Below, piece after piece: positions 25,735 to 37,000 of a DNA stretch of 64,000 bases (the first letter of the stretch is position 1; each line of letters begins with the position of its first letter). The translations under genes were made by a program, and so were the position numbers. Source of the stretch: Massalongia carnosa (lineage: Eukaryota); the NCBI GenBank assembly GCA_965645245.1, contig OZ287069.1, positions 1,054,001 to 1,118,000 of the forward strand. Direction: 5' to 3'. The notes under the pieces are model-generated. The model saw only the letters and a list, made by a program, of their open reading frames with translations. It was not told where the DNA came from and ran no database searches.

Positions 25735-27641
25735 CTAATCCACGTGAAACTTGTAGTCCATCTTACCGAAATGCTCAAAGAAGCTTTCAAACAGCCGGAT
25801 TGCATACTCGACATCATACACCCCAGCTGTCTCCCTAATGCTATGCATACTCAGCTGTGCGTTGCCCAAGTCCACTGTGCGGGTGCCCAGCGCCGCCGAT
25901 AGCACGGGCCCAATGGTGCTGCCACAGCTGGAGTCATTGCGGACGACGAAGAGCTGCAACGGCACCTCCAGACGGCTGGCGACTTCCTGCAGTAGTGCGA
26001 TACCGGGCGAGTCGGTGGCGTAGCGGGAGTTGGCGTTGACCTTGATGACGGTGCCTTTGTTCATCTCGGGCTTGTGGTCGGACTCGTATTTGGCGGCGTA
26101 GTTGGGGTGGACCGAATGGGCCATGTCAGCGGAGATGAGAAAGGAGGTAGAGAGCGTTTGCTCGTAGGCTGTTGCAGTACTGGCAAGATCTTCGGCTGTC
26201 GGGTTAGCAGTGCTGGGGATCATGGAGAGGCGACGGAGGATGGCGGGGAGAAAGTTGGAGTCGGCGCCTTGGGCTGTTTGGCTGCCGATTTCTTCATGAT
26301 CGAAGAGCGCAACCAGGCGGATGCAATGGTCATCTTGGAGAGACGACCCGTTAAGTGACTTGATGAGGCTAACGATGCTGCAGTATGACATTTCTAGATT
26401 GTCAAGCCGTGCTGAAAATATAAGCTCATCATTTAGTCCACCGATACATGCTTTTTGCGTGTCATAAAGGATCATATCAAAGTCAGCGACATCGGAAGGA
26501 TCGACACCAGATTGTTCCGCGATCATCTCCACAATATAAGGATGATGACGTTCTGTGATTATTTGAAGCGCCTTAAATCCGTCCACAGTGGATTCGGAGC
26601 CTATTGGAGTGCTCGGCTTCAGCTCATCTTGAATTGTTTTTTGACGGTTTAGCTCCGCTGCGACCAGCCCAGCAATCGGGAACAGCTGTGTTTCTTTGTT
26701 GAACGAGAAAGTCTCCTGACGATCCAAATGGACTGCGAGAGTTGGTATCCGAAGTACTAGATCCAGCGATTAGACAGGGGTGCTTAATCAAATCGGAGGG
26801 TTGTTTATACTAGGTCGGTCAACTTTAATCAGCATCTGCACATAGTTCCCGCTATCCGATTTAACTAGCGCTCTCCCAGCGATACTAAGGTCTCTATCGA
26901 ACCCTAACTTGACGTTAGCTCAGCACGTTAGAAGTAAAGAAGCTCAGGCACGGTACAAGTATGCCATAAGCCGCCCCCATAGGTCTCCACGCCTACTTGT
27001 ATAAAACCATCACCTTGCTTGTTGCTCACGGGCTTGATCCGCAGAGTTGGTGAATCGGTGTGAGCACCGATCATCGCTATAGGATTGCCAGGCTACCACC
27101 GTGTCACATAAGATTGTCGATATTATGAGTTTGCGCGATGTATTGACTGACCATCCACTTTCCCCCAATCGCAAATGCCACGACTGCCGAACCATTGCGA
27201 GTTAAGTAATATTTCCCACCCGGCCTGCACATCGACTGCCACGAATACCGTTCCTACCCTGCCGATTAGCGGGTTTTTGTATCTCTAAACGTCATGCACC
27301 TACCATGAGGCGCCCGAAACCTTCATTGTCAAGCATCTTTCTGACCGAACGGACCGCATGGAACGCTGAAGCCTTCGTTAATCCCATTCCCTCTTCCTGC
27401 TTCAGCAAAGAACATATAGGAACATCATACGAGTGGGTGAATCGTCTATGAACGAAAGGAGATCGTGTGCAGCAGCAGAAGAGACATCCATATCTGAGCT
27501 TGATATGCTGCGAAACCGTGAGATAAATAACGGCGAAGCTAACAATGGCAGGCGATGTGTTGCACTTTGTCCACCTCGCAATGATAGCACGGAAGTGATC
27601 AAGATAGAGCGACGTTGTAAGGTTTGGTAGCTGGTTCTCAT
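25735..27641 (-). CDS. APE4: Aspartyl aminopeptidase (peptidase M18), multi-exon
   Basis: 'GAHTDSP', 'VETYGGG', 'SARLDNL', 'FDHEEIGS', 'SADMAH', 'CGSTIGP', 'LSMHSIRE'. Core start 27491; in-frame upstream ATG 27641. Confidence 0.92.
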
Positions 27642-28444
27642 TAAATCATCACTATAGAGGACAGAGCATTTATAAGGAGATTGACGGAAGTGATGATAAT
27701 TCGCGGGTCATACAAGACAAGCACAGCCAATCATTTCTCCCCTTCTTCATAGTTCTCAAACCCAACCAATGGTCTAACCGCTTTTGGCCCCAATGCGGGT
27801 ATCTAGGCTGAAAGCAGATTAGCATGTTTGGTCGTCGCGTGATTCTCCAAACAGTTAACAGTTCCATTCAAACCACATTCGAGAAAAATAAAGTACAAAG
27901 TACACAAACCATCTGATCATCATCCTTCCATTCCGTTGTTACCAAAGAGGAAGCTTCCCTGTTCCCGTGCAAAGCACATGCCAATGGCCTCATTTAGCAC
28001 ATGAATGAGTTCGGAAGTCCGTGAGCTGCAGTGAACAAGCGTCAACCTTCATACCTCTGTAATTGCTAGCGAGAGGATTTTCCCCTAGGATTCAAACGAT
28101 TCGGGCTACAAACAACAGATTTAAATCCAACCTTTGGCCCTCACCATTCAGGCACCATCAATAATCTTCATCCAACCACCATCGCTGCACCGTTCCAGGA
28201 GTCGCTCATTCAACTAGGCGCTACCAAAGAATAGATACTTCTGAATGCGTGGAACCAGGTATTACGATACTCACCTCAAGCCTATTGGTTGCGACCTGGA
28301 TTTAAATCAATAACTTACGTCGAGCTACCCTTTCGCCATCAATGCGGTAAGAAGATCAACAGTTGAAGTTTGCCTCCGAAAGTTTACTTGCACTTGTGGC
28401 ATCACCGTGATCACGCCAGATTGCTCGGCTTTCCTGTCTGAAGA

Positions 28445-30421
28445 ATGAGGGAAACGATAGTGAATACGTACAGCTCGTCCATTGTCTCGCGGCCGTTGGA
28501 CGGTTCGTTTTCACCAATCCTGGTCTCATCTCCAGATGTCAGGACTCCAGATGTGGCTATTGAGAAGAATGGAAATGTCAATGGGACTGATAGGAATGGG
28601 GTGAATGAGGCAGAATTAGAACCCATTGACGCAAATGGGCTGAGCAAGGCTTTGAAGGACTATGAGGAGGCCGGACGTCTGAGAGAACGGACACCGGGAG
28701 GGAGTCCAAGTCGCAAAAGGCAAAGGGTGTATGGAGACAGGTTAGTAGGCTTTCTTGCTATTGGAGCTGGGTTGCCGGGCCCAAATGAATCGCAATACGG
28801 CCTGCTGTCTGAAATGGATGGCTGCAAGCTCACGGATCGCTTACTAACGAGGGCTGGCGTTAGGTTTATACCGAATCGAGAGGGGCAAGATCTTCAGGCC
28901 AGCTTCAGTTTGTTGTATGACGATGCATCACCTACTACTCCATCAAGAGTCAAAAAGCGAACTCCCCATGGAGAACTCCATTTCCAGAAGAGTAAGTCCA
29001 TAGCTTGAAAGTATGAGCGTTCCAGGACTGATTCACTACTAGCTGAGGAAGCCAATCTGACCTATTCAACCGTGCTTCGTGCGGAGCTCTTCGACAACAC
29101 AATCCCTCAACCCACACCACCAACGCTCTCTCCAGAACCTTCATTTCTTGCCTCGACCCACTCGACCACCATTAATGATCCATCGAGATCAAGGACTCCT
29201 CCAGTCAACGCATCCTCATCATCACTCCCTCCAGCTACCCTAACCCCATCAACCCCGCACAAGAACTTATTCACCTATGCCTCGCCTCGACATCACTCAA
29301 ACATATCCGGCCATCCCACGCCGTCAAGGACTCCCCAAAGTCGCCATGGACCGAATCTTAACACCCGCTCAGATCTATACAGCCTATCTCCAGTCCGACA
29401 CGAAAGCCAGCGCCTTCTTCTCAGTCCTCGTAAAGCCCCTCGAGCAGTGAGCAAAGTCCCTTTCAAAGTCCTCGATGCTCCAGACCTTGCCGATGATTTT
29501 TACCTTAATCTGGTGGATTGGGGCAGCAGCGATATCCTGGGCGTCGGGCTCGGCTCTCGTGTTTACATGTGGAATTCGAGCTCTGGCCGAGTCACCCAGC
29601 TGTGCGACCTTCAAGATGATATCGTCACCTCAGTATCCTGGATCCAGCGCGGCTCGCATGTCTCGATAGGCACGAACAAAGGTCTTGTGCAGATTTGGGA
29701 TGCTGATCGATGCCGCCGTCTTCGAACCATGACTGGCCATACCGCTCGTGTCGGTGCTCTCGCGTGGAACGATCATATCCTCACCTCGGGGTCCCGGGAC
29801 CGACTCATCTATCATCGCGATGTGCGCCAACCCGATCAATTCCTGCGGAAACTCGTCGGCCATAAGCAAGAGGTGTGCGGCTTGCGCTGGAATACCGAAG
29901 ACGGGCAATTGGCCTCGGGTGGCAACGACAACAAACTCATGATCTGGGACAAATTATCGGAAACGCCCATACATAAATTTAGCGACCACACCGCCGCCGT
30001 CAAGGCCATCGCCTGGTCACCGCATCAGCATCACCTACTTGCTTCGGGTGGAGGAACTGCAGACCGACGGATCAAGTTTTGGAACACATCGACGGGCAAA
30101 TGTGTAAACGAAATCGACACGGGCTCGCAGGTGTGTAATTTAGCATGGTCGAAGAACAGCAACGAGATTGTCAGCACGCACGGCTACAGCCAGAATCAAA
30201 TCGTCGTGTGGAAGTATCCCAGCATGACGCAGGTCGCTAGCTTAACGGGGCATACCTACCGCGTTCTCTATCTTGCCATGAGTCCCGACGGGCAGACTGT
30301 CGTGACGGGCGCAGGGGATGAGACGTTACGATTCTGGAAGTGTTTCGGAAAGAGAGAACGGGATGGCGTCGGCGGGGAAGGCGCGGGCACGAGGATGGAA
30401 CGCTGGAGTGTTATCAGATGA
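28445..30421 (+). CDS. CDH1: APC/C activator Cdh1/Fizzy-related (WD40)
   Basis: Spliced C-box 'YGDR|FIPNR'; 'PFKVLDAPDLADDFYLNLVDW'; WD repeats; 'GAGDETLRFW'; C-terminal IR tail. Confidence 0.93.
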
Positions 30422-31238
30422 TGAGGAGCCATTTCATTCGGTAACTCGGGGCGCGTTCGAACGAGGGTATCGTTGGCCAAAACCCCGAGGTTTTCTGGGG
30501 AAAGGGTTTCGATCATTTTGCACACGCTGGGCTAGCTAGGAGTGAGCAGTGGTTTTATCTGTCTTGCAGGCTCTGAATTCGATGTGCTGGGCATGTAGCA
30601 AGCTTTAACTGTGCAAAATTCTGGAGGGTGGATTTGTAACCGAGCGGATCTAAAAGCCAGGAAAGCGAGAGAAAAGAAAAGGTGAGGAGGCTTTTGTTAC
30701 CTTTTAGCTACCTACCTAGGGTAGACCAACAGACAGCTAGCTTGGGTGTTTGCTTTATCTGGTGCTGCTGCATCTTACCTACCTAGACAGCTCTACCATT
30801 GCCCTATCTACCAGCTAGGTTATGGGCGTTGGCTGTATGTAGGGTTTGAGGCCAAAGCAACGCCAAGCAAATGGTCGAGCTGGGGTTTGTTCGCCTTTCT
30901 CTTTTAGGTAGGTAGGTAGATACTTTAGGGAGCTAACTGAACGAAACTCATGAGATGAATGTGTTTTGTACTTTTTGTGTCTGTGTGCTTGTGACAATCA
31001 GTAACCGGCATGAAACCTGCACGCTTCGGAGCCAGGGCAGCGGAGAAGGGGGGGACTTTGATCCTTTATTGCTTCTCTTTTCTGCCTCGAGTTGATGTGA
31101 TTGGGGTGTAGGAATAGAATTCTTCTTTTGCTTACAAAGTAGGATGATTTATAACGGAAGATATGGTATATATGTATACACATACATACTATATACCTGC
31201 CGTTGGAAGAGAAGAGTGAAGGGAGGAGGGGGGAAGAA

Positions 31239-31260
31239 AGAGAGAGAGAGAGAGAGAGAG
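31239..31260 (+). repeat. (AG)11 microsatellite
   Basis: Read directly; followed by AAACG/AGACG pentamer repeats. Confidence 0.9.
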
Positions 31261-31608
31261 AAGGAAGACGAAAGACGAAATAAACGAAACGAAACGAAAG
31301 AACATGAGAAGGAAGAAAAGAGACGACATAAGCCAAATGGGAGGGAAAAAAGACCAAGGAATGAATGATGAAGAAGTAAATAAAGAAGCAAGTGAGTGTC
31401 TGAACCGAATCACCTAGGTAAGTATGTAAGTATGTATATAGCATTCTGGGATACATGTCTAATCAGTTACTTATACCTATCAAATTATGGCTTGTATGTA
31501 TGCACATATGCATATATGTAACGTATGAATATGAAGATGAAGAAGAAGAGATAGATCTCCGTATATATTTGGTACTTCTCAAATGCGTCTCTTTCTCATT
31601 ATGTATGT

Positions 31609-31613
<5 letters not shown>

Positions 31614-31649
<36 letters not shown>
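31614..31649 (+). repeat. (TG)15(CG)3 microsatellite, alternating purine-pyrimidine
   Basis: Read directly from the sequence. Confidence 0.9.
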
Positions 31650-32275
31650 GAGCCTATTTATTATCTAGGTAACTAAACTACCCTAAAAGTAACTGGTCTA
31701 TTCTGTATGTGTCCAACTATCTATGCGCGTGTGTGTATGCACGCGTATGTACGTATTCTATTCCTGTATAACTACAGAGTATTTACCTAGAGGTATGTGT
31801 GTGTATGTATTGTACAACATACATACATCAATTCACATAGAGTACGCCTAACTTTATGTATGTGAATGCTGTGCTATGTTGTGCTGTGCTGTGGTGCAGG
31901 TATGTGCATGTGTGTGCGCGCGTGAGTATGTATGTGTGTGAGGCGGGTATATGTAAGTACGCGATTCGTGACTAGGTAGCCAACAATGTGCGCGCGGATG
32001 TGGCGATTAAGTTATCGCGCTAGGTAGGTAACTGCGATCTACTACTAACATAACCAGTTATGTGGTAGTGGTCCACGACCTATTTCTACCAATCTGCTGC
32101 CTACATTTTCTCCCCCGACGGATAACTTGCTGTGCCTAGCTATCTAGCTATCTAGGTAGATAGGTAGGCAAGAGTAATATCTGTATAAATACCTCCTGCC
32201 TAAGGTACTATAGTTAGAATTTAATGAGGAAGGAGTGGTTGGATGGAAGGATGGATGAATGAATGGATAAGGGGG

Positions 32276-33578
32276 CACGCGGGTGACAAAAAAAATGACA
32301 ACGTGGGCGTTTACCCCACCAAATTTTGCATGCATTCCCCCTTTTCAAGCACGATTATACATTGTTTACACAAGAAAATTTCAATTTAATAACCAGTTAT
32401 TGCACCTTCACCATCTAGTACTGCCTGCAGTCTACCAGGCATTGATCGCACCCGTTTATTGATGAATTCCTGAGAAACACGAGTCCAACCCTCCCAAATC
32501 AACTCCTTCAGAGTAGCATCATCCCAGTGTGGATATTTACGAAGATGTTGCTTAATCGGTAGCCAGCAGTTCTCGATTGGAGACAAATCAGGAGAAGACG
32601 AACAGTTAAAATAATGATTCAAATGATTGCTTTCCTTTCATGTCTTGACTGCATTTCGGGTTCTATCAGTGTCATGTCCGGAGTTCCCATCTTCTTCTAA
32701 AACGGAGTCGTCACCTCGATCAAGCCAAGACTTGACGACGGGATTGAGAATGGAGTCGATGTAGACCTGATGGGTCATCTTTTCATTGCTATTTTCAGGA
32801 ACATCGTAAAAGACGAGCTCAAACTTGAAATTATATCCAACTGCAGCCCTACAATGCATTCGTTTTCGATCTTTTTCAGGAGGAAGATCACGATGCTGAA
32901 TACAATCCAATCTATATCGAGTATCAGACTGTCTTATGATTCGTAGTTGACCTTCGGATCCATATCCAAAATGCACTTCGTCGCTGAATCGAACAAGACT
33001 TCAGTCTTCGGGTTTGAGGTATTTTTTCAGCATAACACGAGCGAACTCCATTATGCGTTCCATTGAAACGTCTTTCAGTCATTCTTTCACACATGCGAGG
33101 CATTTTTCATAGTCTAATGCAGCTTGAAGAATGCGATGCATAGTACGACCCACTACCTCAGCGTTGACCTCGAAAGCAATTTGATCCCAAGTATAACGCT
33201 TGTCTTCGAGCATTAAATCATCGTCTTGTAGAATATGATCAGCTTCTCGCACCTGCTCGCCTGTGACCTTTGATTTTCGTCCCCGAGTTTCATTTAGTTC
33301 AATAATATTGTGACGAGTTCGTGAAGAAGATCCTGCTTCAATCATTCTGTATCCAGCTCTTTCCTCAACGTTAAATTCTCTGAAAATATCACGAACATCA
33401 TGCGAAATTCCTTTCGCAACAAGAAACCTATGAGCTCCCTGTACCTTGGCCTTTTGAGGCGTATCATAGTGATATTTTCGGGGCATTTTATATAGGAATA
33501 ATGGTGAAAAGGTGGATGAGAACGAAATAAAGGGAGAAATTTTGGTGGGACGTTGTCATTTTTTTTGTCACCCGCGTG
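32276..33578 (-). mobile_element. Tc1/mariner-fold (DD38E) DNA transposon, element A, inactivated
   Basis: 29-bp perfect TIR CACGCGGGTGACAAAAAAAATGACAACGT (32276-32304 / 33550-33578); transposase 33486->32386 'RFSDEVHFG...EEDGNSGH...SPDLSPIENCW' with three in-frame TGA stops; flanks TAAGGGGG / TGAGGGGG. Confidence 0.93.
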
Positions 33579-34047
33579 TGAGGGGGTTTGGTCGGGACGG
33601 GAAGATAGGAATGAAATTGGGAATGAAATTTCTTTTTCCGTTGAACCGTTCATTCGCTCCTCTCATAACCACATCTCTAATTCTAAAATCCATTCCTATC
33701 TCTTTCAGCTCGTGTCCAATCCTCTCACCATAACCTCTCGCGCTTCACGTGTCCATCTACAAATATCCCAGAGGGGTCCACATGCTGCCTCAACAACAAA
33801 CGTGCCTTGCTACATGCGCTATGTACACGACAATCCCGGACGAGGAAAACTTTGGAAAGGAAAACAAAAAGATCCTACCTATCTACCTACCCACCTACCT
33901 TACCGTCTACTCAAGCCATGAATCCCATCGTTCCCAGCCAGCCCAACTAGTTCCGTCTACACGTTGCAACCAGAACAAGAATCAGACCGGGCCCAAAACC
34001 ATAAACGCCCCACACAACCCAGAAAATTACAATTCCGACCCAACTTC

Positions 34048-37000
34048 CTACCCTTCAACCTCCATGCTCCTTGGCCCAGACTCCTGGCAATCTCGAATGT
34101 CCTCCAACACCTCATCGAACACGACCTTCAACTCGCGCGCGACTCTCGCCCGGTTCCAGTCTCCGCGCGTGCGCCACACCTTGTCCATGAGAGCTGAGTA
34201 GATCTGTTCGAGCTGCTCGACACCGCAGCCGCTGCTCTGCAGCACGAGGTCGTCGAGCAGTTGGTCCGCGAAGGCGATGTCGGTTATGAGGTGTTTGGAA
34301 ACGGCCGCCATTGTGGGCATGGCGGTGGCGCCAACTGTACTGGCGGTGTGAAGGAGAGATTTGTGCGGAGGGGGTGGAGGAGCGGTGTCGTTGTTTAAGA
34401 GGGAGTGGATGCTCGCGTGGTAGGTGTTTGAGGGACGGGGAAATGGGGGCACGGCAGGGGTTTGGGACAAGGGTTGCGAGTAGGTTGGTTGAGATTGGGA
34501 GCTGTTGGCATTGCTGGCCTGGCCGGAACTTTGGGAACCTTGAGATATGGTCAGAGAGGTGGAGGGCTGGGAAGAGGAAATTGTTGAAACTACCTTGAGT
34601 ATCGGGGAGCTGGGAGTTGGGAGGCATGGGCTCGGGGATCATGGAGAGGTCTGGGCCTTCGTTTCTGGCATTGGAGCTTTGGGTGTTAAAGGGTCCGGAG
34701 GAACCCTGGACAGGCTTGTCGGACGAGGTGGTGGAGGCGTAGTTGATGTAGTCGTGAGGATTCGATCCTTCGGCCATGGGCGTGATTGCACTTCGCTGGG
34801 AAAGGCTTCCGGGCAGGGAACGGCGCTGCTGGAGAGAGGTAGGGCCTCCGGTGTAGGAGAATGGAAGTTGAGTCTGCGCAGATGGTCCAAAGGAGCTGTT
34901 TTGCGTTTCTCGCTCCGTTGAGGGACCTTCACTCGTAAGGTGAGTGTCGCCCTCGCCTCGAGAAGGCACCGAGGTGCCGTTGCTGTGATTGTGGCCGTGA
35001 AGATCGCTGAGGTCAGAAAGGCCAACGGACATTCCGTTGGTAAGAACGCTTCGTTGCGAAGGCTGCGACGGATTCGACGGAGTCACTGGATGATGCGGGA
35101 CGCCATTACTGATAGGCTGACCCAGGATGATAGGGCCTGACGATTCCTCGGTTGAAATTCCGCCATTCCTGGGGGGAACGTTGGATGGCATGAGCTCAAG
35201 TCTACGACCTTCCGCAGCCGCCTTTTCCTTGGCCTTCTCCACCATCTCTTTCTCCCTTTTCTTCTCTCGCTCGTAAACTGCCTCCAGCTCGGCAACCAGG
35301 ATTGGCTGGTCAGCCTCGATCGCACCCATGTCAACCTCAACGTTCGCTTGAAGCTCGTTCGCCTTCAGCAGACGCTCTTGATCCCCTACAGCCTTGGCGT
35401 CTTTAGCGAGCTTCTTGATGTCGGACACGAAATCCTTAGTTCTCTTGTAGTACCCGTTGGACAAACGCTTCTCAATCGTAACAATCTCTAGGTTGTAAAA
35501 AAATTTGCCCGTGGCTACCTCCACGAGGCCTGGTTCCCCGCGTTTGTCAACTCCCTTTTCGTATGGTCGGAAGTGGTCTTGTCTCCTCTGTTCAGGGGGC
35601 AGGTCGGTACTAACTATTCCTGGGTCGTCCTCATCGAACAGATATCTAATCTGGCTTTCATCAATCACCCCAGTCCTGAACTTCTTATATCTTAGTTTGA
35701 TCTGATCCATAATTGGCTGGATGCGCAGCTTCAGTTGATTGAGCAACTGCCTGTCCTTTTTCTTCTGAGCTTTAAGTTCAGCCTCTGATAAAATCGTAAG
35801 ATCTTTTGGCGGATCAGGAGGAACAGGCATCAGAATCTCGAATTTGCGTTTTTTGCGGTTTGCAGGCTCGGGAAAGTCTGTGGGCGAGATATTCAGGTAC
35901 TCTATTACGGCAGAAAAGTACTTGCGACGCATTGGCTAACCAGGTTTAGCATGACCGTCAAGTAATTTTTGCAAGGGAGCAAAGGCACCCACCCTGTCTG
36001 GCCTTTGAATCTCAAATGAATTCTTCTTTGAAAATCCAAACAGATCCCTAATCATCTGTGGATCCACATACTGTATCTCGCACTCGAGTATACCGAGCAA
36101 TAAAACCGGCTCAGTGGGAGCCAATGTCCGCAGCAGGCCAAGAAAGGTAGAAATCACCGTCTCGCCTACAGTTCGGTACCAGATGTCAACGTTGGGTATA
36201 TATACAACGCTGGGTTTATGCCGCCGAACTTCGGTGAAAAGCCTGATGACGGAAGCTTCGGTCGACTTGAAAATTTTTAGCAGGGACGCAGTTCGCGGTT
36301 AGAATACGTACACTGGTTGAATCGCTCAACAAAGTCGATAGATCGAACGCCTGCACATGCAATCCTTCGAAGTGATTCAAGAGAGCCCCTGCAAGGTATT
36401 GCTGACCCATGCCAGGTTTACCTCTGATTAACAGCCGTGGCCTAAAGACTCGAGACCGATCAAATTCTAAATAGGAATCAGCCAACGCGGTTGGAGTATC
36501 ATGCATTTGACCTTACCTTGCTGCATCAGTTCCGCCTTCATTCCCCTGTCATCCTCTGCGTCTTCAAACTCCGCTTCTTCCAGAGCCGTCAGACGCTTCT
36601 TTTGAGGAAGAATGTCAGCGACGATGTGCTCAATATCTGTAAGCGGATGTCGTAACAAGGGCTCAATATGTTTTGGCAGAGGGGCGGCACCGGACGAGCT
36701 TGACCGTTCGGACGAGGGAACCATTTTTTTAATGGATATCATAAAATCCTTGGCAGTAATGTTGATGGTCTCTGGTTTGATCATAAGCTTTTCGTTTGAC
36801 TTATAAATCTGGGGATATCGTCTTTGGATAGCATTCAAGGCAGCTTCCGTGCAAAGCGCACGGAGATCAGCACCACCGTAGCCCTTGGTCATTTTAGCGA
36901 TATCTTGCTTGAAGCTTGAAGCCAAGGGGGGTTCCCAGCCCTTGGTATGGATATCAAGGATGCTTCGTCGTGCTTCCGTGTTAGGTAAAGGGAAGTAGAA

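Noticed and set aside
30998..31676. Several 70-150 aa ORFs
   Set aside because: Translations of microsatellite or low-complexity DNA.
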